DNA of 61,715 nt, counting the filler, from Sphacelaria rigidula (lineage: Eukaryota): NCBI GenBank assembly GCA_964200075.2. It is 5 parts of 5 records of this genome, joined end to end, with 100 filler letters (N's around TTAATTAATTAA, not from the genome) between each part and the next. Parts side by side here need not be neighbours in the genome. Positions count along the whole stretch, not along the records: positions 12,367 to 24,629 come from CAXNAA020003946.1; positions 24,730 to 36,991 come from CAXNAA020003947.1; 3 more parts are not named here. The stretch is one strand, 5' to 3'. The notes beneath the pieces are model-generated. The model did not search any database and was not told where the DNA came from. It saw nothing but the letters and a program-made list of their open reading frames with translations. The position numbers and the translations under genes are program-made. Of this stretch, positions 12,636-25,146 are shown piece after piece (the stretch's first letter is position 1; each line of letters starts with the position of its first letter).

Positions 12636-13659
12636 TGTTGTAGCATTCACGTCGTTCGTGGCCTCCTGCTCTCCATATACCCCCTCTCCTTGTATCTGCC
12701 TGTATGAACCCGTACCGTCCTGAGCTCACCTTCCTGTCACACTGGTCCGAGTAAAGAGCACGAAAACACGCAGCGTACACAGCAGGTAGGAAAAGATCAG
12801 CCGCCGAAGCTAGCATTTCAGAGTCACACGACGGGGCCCACATGCCGCCCCCCCCCCGTCCCGTTCCAGACCCCCTAGCGGCTAGACCTCAAGATGATAT
12901 GCAGAAACAGCAGTCGGCTAGCGTACAACGTGGGTAACTTAACCCCTGGGACCCACACAACATCGGCTTGTACTGCCTGCGCGAGGCTGGCCCAATGAAC
13001 GCACATCATCATAGTTTCCGGGTAATCACGCGCACGTGAAGAAACACACACAGCACTGCGGCCACACCGCTAGGTTTGACGGATGCATATATTGACCGAT
13101 CAATTGACGCTGTTAGTGCCCGCGAGCATCTGGCAGATCTGGTCATCAGTGAACTCGAATTATTGTTCACTCGAAAAAAATATGTCACCTGCGGCGTTTT
13201 TTTTCATGTTTTCACGGGGGGATATGAGGTTCTCCGGTCGTGAGCGAATGCTTCCCAGATTGACCACGCGTGTTTCCAAAAGTAATTTCTAGGTCGGGCA
13301 GCACGTCTGAAGGGGGATGGATCGACCGTTTTGATATTTATCATTGGCGGAATTCTCCACAGGTGGCTGACCAGGGTAGGATGGGGTACAGAGAGAGGGT
13401 ATTCCAGAGGGTCGATACCCTGAGTACGAAGTAGTCTGCAATACCCTGAAAATAGTGGGTAACCCATGGTACGTACCCGTACCCTAACCACCTCTGTACA
13501 GCTGGTTAGGGTAGGGTAGGCTATAGAGTAAAGTCATTCGGGGTGTCGATACCCGACGTACTGGGTACCCTTGAGTACTCAATATATCCTAAAAATGAAG
13601 GACACGCCAGGGTACGTACCCTGCTTAGGCCACCTTTGGAACGATCCACTTTCCTCAGG

Positions 13660-13835
13660 CACTGTGTCAACTCCCGTCAAACAAGTTCAGTCAATTACTT
13701 TGTTTACTCAAGTTCTAGAGCTTTCCACGGTAAAAATCGGATACTACGAAGAAAAAAACCCAACGCATCAGGAATCGAACCCGCGTTCTCTCTACCCTAA
13801 TGGCGACAGTCGGATCATTACACCACCGGTGCGCG
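13660..13835 (-). mobile_element. tRNA-derived SINE, 5' part
   Basis: Minus strand has A-box TGGTGTAATGA (13825-13815) and B-box GGTTCGATTCC (13781-13771). The body matches the copies at 25147-25424 and 35553-35823. Confidence 0.7.
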
Positions 13836-14863
13836 ACAGTCATGTTCCCACAAATCGCCAAATACCCAGATCCATCAACTGCATCCATACGGGTCCACTA
13901 TTTTCTGGGGGTCGAAGTTCGTTGATGGCGCGGGCTCTCGTTGCCCGCAGCAACATATCCCTTGGCACCGTCGTGGCTATCTCCAGCGTAGACCCCCCTC
14001 TACCCGAGAGCTCGCGGTCTTGCATTCGATAGGGTGAAGGTGAGAGAGTAAAGAGTTGAGTGAGGCCCTGTCTCCTCGAGAAGAAAAACAAAAATGGAAT
14101 ACAGTACTCGTGAAAATTTGATTTTCAGCATTGTTGTTACTGTTTACGTTTTCTATCCTCTTGTATGCTCGAGAGCTGATGTTGCTCAATGCCCAACGCC
14201 CTTTCGAAGTATGCTCAACGAAACTACTCGTGTTGGAAAAAAAGCGAAACGCCGCCTGTGCTGCTCGACGATCGATATTGCTGAATAAATGCTGTATGTA
14301 TGGTTGTATTGTTGTTTTTTCACGTCCCTGTGCAGCTGCCTCTCTTCCTCCTGTTTATATGTAGTACCGATCATTTTTTATCCGACTATGCTGACTCCAA
14401 TGCCCGCTTCGCTGCAATCCGACAGCTAGATGCGTTGCATCATGTAACGATTCGTCCCGATAAACAAACCGCAGATCCCGCTGCGCTCCGATCCTTCACA
14501 TACACGTGCATACACATACTACGTGGTATATATTAGCAACGGGGAGCAATTCGTTGAAAAAGCGAAATGCGACGTGAAATGGATGTCATGCGTGGGCTGT
14601 TCGACTCATCATGGCGCCTGGACCCTGGACCCCACCCCCAAAAGTGCACCGTTGTCTGTTGGGCGTACGACGCACTGGTCTATTCGCCTGTTGCTACTCA
14701 TACATCGTCACGCTCTCAAAACATTATATATTTGCCTTCAATACGATAGGAATGGCGAGTAATTTCTCGTGATTTGGGGGTGCGGACAGTCACAATCGTT
14801 CTTGAAAACAATTAAATAGTTTCCTACCTTTTTTTTAATTCTCTGAGAAGACGCAGCCTAACG

Positions 14864-14948
14864 GAGGTATCTCAAACTCCAGGTTCCCGGTATATTTGAC
14901 TGTAAATTACTGTGAAATCTACCAGGAACCTCGAGTTTGAGATACCTC
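14864..14948. repeat. Near-perfect 85-bp palindrome / hairpin
   Basis: GAGGTATCTCAAACTCCAGGTTCCCGGTATATTT ... AAATCTACCAGGAACCTCGAGTTTGAGATACCTC, with weaker pairing out to about 14847-14970. Confidence 0.75.
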
Positions 14949-17740
14949 TAATAAATAACGCCGTGTCTTCGCAAATCATTTTCCGATCAAAAAAGTGTGG
15001 CGGAAAAAAAATACACCATGTAATAGGTCGCCATTTCAAGGTATTCTAAGGTGGACATAACTGACGACCTGTCAGTGTTAAAAATCGGAAGGAATGAGAG
15101 TTCGATACGACGTTTCAAGATATCGACGAAAAAACGTCGACATCGATATTTTTTGTCGATACGCGAAAAATGACGCGATACGTATCGACTATCGATATAC
15201 TCGATACGATACAGCTATTTCGGTAGGGACGCAGCTTGCAAGACCTTACGGTACTACACGGACACACTAGCAACCTAACCCGGAGTGGGTACAAGCCTGA
15301 TTGTATGAAGGCACAGCAGCAGAAGCGTGATTCTTGTTCCACATCATACAAGCGGCGGCACAACATGCGGTGTCATGCTTTTGTCTGGCAACTAGTGTTC
15401 GCCATCGTGCAACAGGCAAGCGGCAAAAGAGGTAGTTAACCGCAACGCCAGGTGTTCACTGTTCTTGTTTTGAAAACTCTGACCTGATAGGTTGTGATAG
15501 GTCGTAATTCAAATTTGTGTAGCATATTCCGAAGGTGGTTAAAATCACGATCTATCAGATCGGAATAATTGTTGTCCACCGCACTTTTTCGATCGAAAAA
15601 AAGTGCCAAGACACGGCCTGAGACACGGCCTGAGGCTGTGTTTTGCAATACAATCTGAGCAACAACGAGCGATCAACCATCGACGCGTGCGCACGAAAAG
15701 CGGGAGCTTCGACAGCGACGTTTTTCAAGTACCGAGACAGCTAACGCAAGGCGAAGAGTAGCATTGTCGCTTGCATACATCTCCATATCAACAGTAGAGA
15801 TAACCAGCGTGTGCCGCTTGCTTGCGCATGGCAGCATGCATCGCCTACGGGGGAGAACAAAACGTACTCTTACGTCACTTGGCCAGGCAGAAAAAACGGC
15901 CAGGGCTTCATAACTCACATGGACTAATTCCCACCCCCACAGAACGCTCAGCGTCCATCCGTTTAGATAGCTACGCGTGCCGCTACTCTTGAGGCAACAA
16001 CGGTTCCAAAGCCAAGTTGACCACGAGCGACATGGAGCGACATGAAGCGACCTGGGGGGCGTACTCATTTGTCGCTAGCCTTGGTCGCTTGACCATTGAC
16101 CACGCACCCCTCTCGAGACGATCTGGGGGGGGGGAGAAGGGGCTAGAGATGAAGGGTGAAAAGCTCCGACAAGAACTCTGGTGAATGTTCGGCGTGACCG
16201 TACCCGACACTACAGTAGTAGACCTAAAGCAGTAGACTTTGGTCGCATATCTATGGTTGACAACACGACTACTTGTTTTTAGACTTGAAGTTCTGAGAAA
16301 ATTCATGGTTTGGGGGCAGGTGAGCAGTGGACTCAGCTGGTCCAGAACATGTTTTTGTCGAAATCGGCGCCTGCGGCGTCGATCTCAGGTCTGCCAACGC
16401 ACCCTTTGCCTAGGAGAACCTGCGTTCCCCTCTTGCCCCAGGGTCTCGTATGCCTTGGGTTGGAGTTGGGTTTAGGGTTAGCGTTTTTGTTAGTGTATCC
16501 GAAAAAATCAACCATAGATATACGATCAAAACTCGAGGCCACAGGTTGCTTCGACAAAAGGTTCACATCTGTCATCATCAGCAGCAACCTTTTCGGCATG
16601 CACACGGCCGCCGCCTCCTCCTCCGACACTGAACGGATCGGCGTGGACCCCCGACACCCATGTGTGTAAATATGCAAGAGCTACTCTAGTGCTAGACGCA
16701 ATGCGCTCGTGCTGCGGGTAGGCTGTTACTCACGTGTAGGGCGATTCAGTCACGATCCTTGTGGTGCCCTTCCCAGAGATTTGTAGACCCGTGTTCGGGG
16801 GGAGGGGAGGGGGGGGGGAACGTATTGGGACTGCGTCCAGTGCAAACTAAACTCGGATTTTTCTTCTTTCGGTAGGATCCAAACTAGTTACGGTAGTCAA
16901 TGCGGGGTATATAGATATTCAAGGTTGTGCCCCGAAGGATATACATGAAAGTGGGGAGGTCATTTACTACTCAGCACAATATGCGCAAAACTCAAATCGG
17001 CGCCTGAGGCGCCGATTATGATAAAAACGCGCTCTGCGGACGGTAGTGGCACCTGGGACGGTTGGACCCAAGATCCGAATATCGGTGTCCATTATACTTT
17101 ACTCATATCAAGAAATAAAAATCCGGGGGAGTTTTCTAGTCGCCCGAGTAGCAAACTCTGCGGGAGTTCGAAGAATTTTGGTAACGGTTTGACGGACTCT
17201 GCCCCCCTTGAAACGATTTGCTGCACTCTCCGAGAGAGGAGTCTCGCGCACTTCTGACCGATTTTTCGTACGCCCAGTTTTGCTTTTGGTTGGGCCAAGG
17301 ACTTCTTCTCCAGCAACCCCACAGCAATCGAGATTTGTACGTGTGTTTTGGGAGACCTCAAAGGTATTCTTGGGCTGAATGATAAAATGCTAAAAGTATT
17401 ATAGTTCGACCACTATACGTGAAACTTGTCAAACGGGATGTCAAACGGGAGATGAGAAAAATGCGCTATTTAGGATTCTGTCTGGAAGTGCGGTACATTC
17501 TTCCGAGTTGGCCAGGCCAGGTCCTCTCATGAATCGCGATCACTTTCACTTGAAAAAACATTGCACAACTCAGACCCAGCGAATACACAATCCGCTGAGG
17601 ACTAGTACTCCGGAGAGAATCGGCGCTGAATCGCCAAGATCCGCACATGAAAAAAAAATTCCGACAACATGATCGTTCCTGGGAAGCAACCAACACTGCG
17701 AGCTCTTTTTTTGGGCTCCTCCTTCGTTAGGTTGACTTCA

Positions 17741-18040
17741 CCTTTTGACCGCGACGGTAGGTCACCTGCTGAATCGGCATCAATTTTCACTTGAAGAAAG
17801 TTTGCATGATCCAGGTGGACTACCCGCACCGCGGTCTAAGGGTCAACCCTTCGACAGCGAGAGCAAGCCATCTGTTGACATGGCATAAATTTCACTTGAA
17901 AAAAGTATATGCATGATCCCGATGAACTACCCTCGCGGTCAAACGGTTAACCATTTCGACCAACAAGCAAGTTCATGTGTTGAACGGGCGTCATTTTCAC
18001 CAGAAAAACGAGTGTAGCGCCTAGGTGACCGCCCACTCTG
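17741..18040. mobile_element. Tandem array of about 100-bp MITE units with CCC...GGG ends and TTAA/TCAA junctions (piggyBac-like)
   Basis: Unit 17741-17842, TCAA, unit 17847-17946, TTAA, then a degenerate third unit from 17951. Related units lie at 60283-60380 and 60437-60536. Confidence 0.55.
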
Positions 18041-19986
18041 GAGCTCAAAGTATGGCCGCCAGGGCGGGTCATCTGTTCGATCATGTAACATTCATCCTGG
18101 TGGTCAAACTAGTGTTGAAGGAGCTGCTGCTCGGGGTATTGATTGCATGATCACCTGGCAAAATCGCACCGAAGGATGCTACACTATACACGATGATTTA
18201 TCATGTGATATACCATGATCGAGCCTCTGGGCTAACGACGTTCAACAGTATGATTATTATGTGATAAGCCATAGCTCTCGGTTCCTCGACGAAATCTACG
18301 AGCTCCACATGTCTGCACGTGATCGGGTGGTTGTTCGGGCTTGTTTTCTTGTTTCTTGTCTCCAGGAACGGTGTTTGCGGCGCCCATGAAGATTTTCACA
18401 ACTGTTGTTGTACTGTTGTTGAGGACTGCATCCAGAACAGGAGAATCCTGAAACGGGTATTGAAGAACACTCCAGCTGGCCTTTATATTCTGTGTTTTCG
18501 ATGGGACCTGCCAGGAGCTGAAGTGGGTAGGGAGAAGATCCTTTCCTGGCTTTTCTTCATCTCAACCTTCTCACCGCGAAGAATTCCAATGTGAGCCGAC
18601 GCACAACGATGAACCGCTTGCACACGGATCTTTGCATACGACTATGCTGCAGCGAAGTTTCTCGAATCTTTGCTACCCAATGGCCTTCTTATTTGTGCCA
18701 ATGAACATTCAAAAGTGTCCCCTCTTCATTTGACCGTCATGGTGGGACCTGTAATAAATATCTCAACGGTTCATTTTTTTCCGAATGAAGGTAACGGTAT
18801 TGATTCAACAGATGACCCACCCTGACGCTCAAAAGGTAAAAGGCACAGCAATTTATTGTTCGATCGACGACCAAACTGCATCGTCCTCGGGTATATTGCA
18901 TTCTCTGTACTAAAAACTGCCTGCACTGTTGCGTCAAGAGTGCACTGTGCTTCATGTACAGTGCAATGCTAACTGCATTTGAACGACTACAACAACTCTA
19001 CAGTCAGCGTAGAGAGTAGTAGGAGTACAGTACGAAATGATACAAACAGTAGTATATAACTGTAGTCAGTGCATACATACACAACCGGTAAAAACTGCTT
19101 CGAGCAAGCAGCTGGGATGTGGTTGGGGTTCTGCAGAAAGTTGACGCCGTGTTGTTTGCTCGGAGCATATATGATTTGCACGCCAGCAAATCTCAGTGCA
19201 CAAATATCTGAGGCTACCTATTTATGTACCTGCTTAGGTCTGATCAATACTCACATGAAGTGGTGATTATCGTGTCCGTGCGCAAGTAGCATGTAGCATC
19301 CGCCGTATTGCCACCTTTCTCCGCAAGGTTGCTAGAGTATGACCTATAGATCTCAGGCGCAAGCGAATGGTGAAGCAGATGTCATTATCCTCACTTCTCC
19401 GTAGTCCTGCTGCAGACCCAGACGGACGGCACAACGCCAGCATGCCCCAAGCCTTGCTAAGCCCAGTAAATCCTGAGTTCTGCACAACGTTCAACGCGCA
19501 AAAATAAACGTACTATATACAATAGAGCATCCCTTGGAAGGTCTAGCCACCTCCGCCGATTCACTGATTCGGCTAATTTGCGACAATTATATCAACCAAA
19601 ATACAGTATATACTTGGGAGTAATAAAAAAAAACTGGTACAGAACACAATCAACAAGATTTGAAGCTTCAAAAATTCAAACTAGTTCCCCTTCGGAATTT
19701 TGCAGCCCTTGGTGGTGGTGAAGGTATGCTGGTATAGTGTGGACATGTAGCTCCCGTGCCGCTGCAAGGGCTGGATACACGGTGATGTACTTGACTGACT
19801 GACTTCAAGAACGTAACATTATCAATCGCGCTGTACTGTGTTCTACTATACCGATATGTGTACTATGCGGGGTGTCCTGTTGTTGCAGAGTACATCCATC
19901 CAGCACTCTTCACAGGCCTTTCTTTCAGGCGGCAACGTGACGAGCAGACTTACCCGCAAATTGTTGAGAATAGACACTTGTCCAAC

Positions 19987-22028
19987 ATGACTGAGGAGGG
20001 TATCTACCACGAGAAACAGCACCTGATGCACTGCGCTGTGCACACCCTCAACAACCTTTTCCAGGAACCGTGGGCGACCGCTTCCCTCATGGAGGATCTT
20101 GCCGGGGAGTTGTGAGTACGTGTGGCCTGTTGTTATCGTTGGTCTAGCGTATTTTGTGAACAAATCTGATCGCGACGGACAGCAAATAAATGTCAACGCT
20201 GGCCGTATGGCGTATGTTGCGAGCTTTCGAGCGCCACTCAGCCGACCATTCACGTGTGTCTGTGCAAGGGAAGCCAGCCGACAAAGCTCTATATCAACCT
20301 CCGGGGAGAGGATGCAGCATTTTGGTTTTTCCTTCGCTCGGGAGAAATCGATAACAATCGCGGCATCGCGGTCGTGGGAACGAAAAAACGAAGTCTGCAG
20401 TACGCATGCCTCGTGCATACAGTACATTTCCCCCGTGAAGTGTTCTACTTTTTCATCACGGTCGGTTGAGTTCAGCGGAGTGGCGGCCTCGAAGCCGCAC
20501 CCACAATAGAACACAATCGGTACTCCGTATATATCAATACATTCATTGTTGGCACTAAGTGTGCGGTCTAGTCGATAGTTCCTTCTGACAATTTCAAGAA
20601 TGCCCGCGAGAACTTTACACAAGTCGGTTGCGATGTTGTAATGCGTGAACGGACCGCGTGCTTAGAGGACCGCACCGGAATTGAACACCCCTATGGTTAG
20701 GGTTAGGGTTAGGGTTAGTGTTGGGGTTAGGGTCAGGGGCGTGATACCTGCAGGGACTGACCCGATTGGTTTTGAAAAACGTCGACTCTGACGTATTTTT
20801 AACTACGGCGCGGTCCTTTAAGCACGCGGTCCTCTCACGCATGACAATATTCTCGATCATCACCTTGTAGATTTAGTTTCCGGATTGTTGAAGAGGTAAC
20901 TTGTTGCAGTCCTAGTACTACTGTAGTAGTAGTGCTGGCAAGGGACAAGTGCCTGAGGCCCATTATTATCGACACTTTTTTTTCGGAGATTTCAGAGATT
21001 TCGGACTTCTCGAAGTCTTCCCTCACCCTTCAAGTCATCTATCTGCTCGGGCGGGATTCCAGAAAAATAGGAGTTCCTTGTTGTCCACCAGGAGGAGAGA
21101 TGATTCGTGCCCACACGTATTAAGCGCGCAAGAAAGCACCCGGCGTAGTACCCAACCTCAACGTAATGACAGCCAAAATGCCGTGCTGTCCATTCGCTGT
21201 GAGCGGGCCGCGTCTACAGTTGTGTACATTGTCTTTCCCTTGTTCAAAAAATGAAATCAATCATCCATCCTCAACCATCCAACCATCCTCAAACAATCTT
21301 TAATTTAATTAATTAATAATTAATTCATAGAGAATAGCCGTATCGACTATAGCTTATTATCGTGAACTGATATTTATTTGAAAACATAACGATTTGTACG
21401 ATAAACCAGTAGATAACTGCATACTGAATCCTAGTCGTAGTGCGCCTAGCCTGTTTTTTCGGGGAGATGATGTAGCTATTTGATCGACGAGTTTGCAGCA
21501 GCCCTTCCAAAAGCCCGATGCTGGAGCTCAGATCATGAGCAAATACTGTCTCAAATCCCCGCGACCCCCGTGGTCAACGACATACTGCTCCGATCACCGG
21601 TATCCATTCCTGCAGCGCCTATGCGGAATCCCCTCACCCCCGTTTCCAGGTGTCTCTCGGCACTGGTTAATATTTCCCACCCCCTGGAGATACAGTGACA
21701 AGTTCTACCCTTCTCCGCTCCCTCTCTAATAATGACGACGCAAGTCCCTGAGCGTACATGAATAGCTGGTGGGGAAAATTGTATTTTGTCGCTATATCAA
21801 GAACATTTGCCCCGAGAGTGATGAGTGATAAAGTCCTCATGGTGTTTTATACTGGGCAGGTTCCGCAGAGAAGACGCGATGAGAAAGGAATGCGGCATGG
21901 GACGAATGTGGTTCAACCCGTACAAGTCCATCGTGCCCCAGATAGGGTACTACGACATCAACGTCTTGATGGAGGCGCTCAAAATCAAGGCGTGTCATGT
22001 TAGCCTTCACGCAGTGTTTAATCCCAAG
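19987..22028 (+). CDS. Josephin-domain deubiquitinase (JOSD1/2-like) paralogue B, exons 1-2; 3' exons not found before the contig end
   Basis: Exon 19987-20111 gives MTEEGIYHEKQHLMHCAVHTLNNLFQEPWATASLMEDLAGE(L), ending TT|GTGAGT. Exon 21860-22028 gives FRREDAMRKECGMGRMWFNPYKSIVPQIGYYDINVLMEALKIK..VFNPK|GTAATT. The NPxKS..GxYDxNVxMxAL motif is Josephin-typical, and phases are compatible. Confidence 0.88.
20633..20850. mobile_element. MITE with TIRs of about 40 bp carrying an internal (TTAGGG)n tract
   Basis: ATGCGTGAACGGACCGCGTGCTTAGAGGACCGC (20641-20673) pairs with GCGGTCCTTTAAGCACGCGGTCCTCTCACGCAT (20810-20842). Telomere-type repeats lie at 20695-20738. Confidence 0.65.
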
Positions 22029-22163
22029 GTAATTTCTTCATGTTTGGGGTAGACCTTTGTCGGAGGATCCTTCTTTCTCGAGAGAGTGGCCTGGAAAGCA
22101 CCAAGGCGTGTCAGTAAAACCCTGCACCAATAACTGACACCAATGATGAAAAGAAGATTGGAA

Positions 22164-22600
22164 ACTATGAACAGCCTGGATCCGTTGTTGAGGTCCAACA
22201 TTTGGGTGCGGTTCAACTCGAAAACAGTGCTTTCCCCGACCTAAAGCCATGATCGATGAATTTAATACGGACAGCCTCATGCCCCCCCGACCTTCTTGAA
22301 ACTATTTTGGGGGATTGCCCGTCTTCCGTGCCCCCAAAGCGTATGTGCGAAGTCAACTTTTTGCCTCGATATCAGGGCGAAAAAGGGGACGTTTTTAGCC
22401 CGAAACTGGTGCTTTCGCATATACGCTTTGGGGGCACGGAAGGCGGGCAATTCCCCAAAATAGGTTTGAAGAGGTCGGGAGGCATGAGGTCGTCCATATG
22501 AAATTCATTGGTCACGGCTTCAGGTCAAGGAAAACACTGTTCTCGAGTTGAACCTCACCCAAATGTCGAACCTCAAAAACGGATTCAGCCTGTTTATAGT
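22164..22600. mobile_element. Diverged foldback / MITE with inverted arms of about 190 bp
   Basis: 22164-22351 is the reverse complement of about 22414-22600 (e.g. CTTCCGTGCCCCCAAAGCGTAT / ATACGCTTTGGGGGCACGGAAG). The ORFs 22038-22280(-) and 22508-22825(+) share GKHCxRVEPHPNV for this reason. Confidence 0.75.
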
Positions 22601-24629
22601 AGTCAGCATCAAAAGTCTTCAGAGTTCGTAGTTGTCGTAGTTTCTGAGTTTTTTTTCTCGTGTGCTATTCTTCATTACTACTTGAAAGTGCAAGCTCTGG
22701 TGGATTTAGGGGAAAAGCGTAGGTCGTGCTCAAACTGCAGTGCCCCAGTTGGTGTTTTTGGGGCGATACGGACTGGATACCCCGTTTATCAGGAGGGTGT
22801 TATTGACCCTTTTTCGGTCCAATAAAACCAGTTTTCCGGCTCTTCCGCAACGAAACGGTTAATATCCAGATGAATGAATACGTATACAATTTTCACATCG
22901 ACGATCAAGATCGCGTTTCTCTCCTATACTGCACAGCACACGCGACCATTCGGCGACCACCAAAAATACTCCTTTCCGGTCAACTTTTCGAGTCTCAAGA
23001 GGAATTAAACGCCTCCAAAGGGAGCGCGGCCCTCCACAGGGGTGGGACCAAACGCCTCCAGAGGCTTGTTTTGCCTCTGGAGGGCTGCGCATCCCTCCGG
23101 AGGAATTTGGAGGATGCGCGGCCCTCCAGAGCACCATCTCTTTTGTTACTCTCGAGGGATTCATACCTCAGAAGTCACTGGAGCATCGGATGCCCTCCAG
23201 AGGATTCGTTGATGACCGCACCTGGGGATGAAATACCCTTTACAGTAGAGGGTATTTTGCCCTCGAGAGAAAGCGCGATAGAGGACTTTTATGGGGGTAG
23301 CCGAATGGCCGCGTGTGAGACCTCAGTCAAGCATTTTCTGCGGGGATGGCCTATTTTCGTTTTTTTTTCGCATAACATTTTCCATGAACACTCGAAAGTG
23401 CAATCGTCGATAGTTTTGGCAACATAATAAGCAAACCGTGCTCAAATCACAATGCCCAAGTTGCTGTCGTGGGGGTAATACGGAGTAAAGACCCCATTTA
23501 TCAGGAGGGTGTGATTGACCGTGAATGGTCCAAGAAACATGGTTTTTCGGCTTTAGCGTAGTGAAAAGAAGGAACTTCAAAAAAGAAATTATTTCTGAGT
23601 CTTCACTCATATGATCAGGATCGAGTCGGTCCACCGAAAATACCGAAAAGCTAGAACCTGTGGTTTCACTTTTGCAGGACCCCCGAAGATTGTTCAAGAC
23701 CGTAAGTCACTCCTTATTGATCGCAGATGTTTTTTCCTTAAATATTTGTCAAGAGGTTTAAAATGTCTCCAGATTCCCATTTGTTTTGGCATCCGACAGT
23801 CATTGTGATGAGCGGTGGTGGCAAGCGAAAAAAAAGAAGAATATCTTTGAGAAACTAAGAAAGCACGAATTCCGCAAACTTCTGACGCTGACGACTGTAA
23901 GTAGTTTGCTCTCTTGACGCCTCTATTCGGGTTAGAGGATGGCTACCATGAATGAATCAGCTCCGAAACGTTTTTCACGTGCGACAAGACTAACTCATTT
24001 ATATGGTAAATAACGACTGATGATGCCATTCGGATACCGTTTGAAGCTACCGCGACAGAGTTGCCATGTAACCTTCGAGTATGGTCTAACTGGTTTCACA
24101 TAGTAGTTTTTCTCATGTGTTCGTCGGGTCATAATTTTTCTGCTATGTATACACACACACACACACTGCTGGGCAGGGATACGGGGCCATACAGCGAACC
24201 TCGAGTGGATAGGCCTCTCCCCTCCGTGATGTTACGGCAGGAGTGGGAGGGGCGTACTCATTTGTTGCTTGCCTTAGCCGTCTGACCATTGACCACGCAT
24301 CACTTTCGAGACGGAGAGGCGCGGAGGGGGGGGGGATATTGTGAGCCATTTTCTTCCACGAAACTCCATATCAAATTGTCGTTAAAAGTAGTAACGTTTG
24401 TTCGAACACGTTTGTTACCAATAGACACACTCATCGATATCACTTCACACCGTCTTCACTCAAATACAAACGTACCGCAAGTAGTTAGGTCGTCTGACAC
24501 ACCTGTGAGTCCCTGTTTTTGTGGAATGAAACGGTCCCCCCCTATCCTAGCACAAGGCTGGCCCAGGAAACTATAGAGGAATAGCGCTACTGAGCACGAT
24601 AGGGAAAACGTTCTGTAAGATTCTGAACG

Positions 24630-24729
24630 NNNNNNNNNNNNNNNNNNNNNNNNNNNNNNNNNNNNNNNNNNNNTTAATTAATTAANNNNNNNNNNNNNNN
24701 NNNNNNNNNNNNNNNNNNNNNNNNNNNNN
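24630..24729. other. Artificial contig linker (N44-TTAATTAATTAA-N44)
   Basis: Same spacer as 12267-12366. Confidence 0.95.
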
Positions 24730-25146
24730 TCGGCTTTTCCCATTTCGATTTACGTGAAGATTTTCCCTCCAAAACCCATGCATTTTTTCGGGGGGGGGGG
24801 GGTATCGTAGAAAGTGTCAAATATGCTTACACATACAACATACACTATTATAAAACCAGTGTCAATAGCACTCTAGGGTGTACCCCACGACAGGATTATG
24901 GAAGCTGCCGAAGAAGGACGTCTCTAGCTTGTCCTCCTCATGGCCGCCGTAGTTATCCTCATGTCAGGGGCCGACCAAGCATGGCCTACTTGTATTTCTA
25001 TTATACAAGCAAGAACAGGCCCGATGAGCTGTGCCAGCTGCGCACCTAGTCTCACAATACCGTGCTCCCGGGCTGTAGTCTAGGTCCATATTATTCATGT
25101 ACTCTTCAATTTTTTTCTTCAGTCTTATATTCCTCGCACTTTGGAT

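Noticed and set aside
15100-15210. ATCGAT/CGATA-rich tract, with similar tracts near 11490-11535 and 61555-61680
   Set aside because: Probably fragments of another MITE family, but the ends could not be defined.
13840-19500. Additional minus-strand exons between the Josephin genes (near 13870-14020, 15700-15850, 16500-16670, 18300-18750, 19350-19480)
   Set aside because: Splice-like sites exist, but I could not build a phase-consistent, protein-like model.
19846-20622. 258-aa minus-strand ORF, the longest in the track
   Set aside because: Antisense to Josephin B exon 1 and intron 1, with no recognisable motif.
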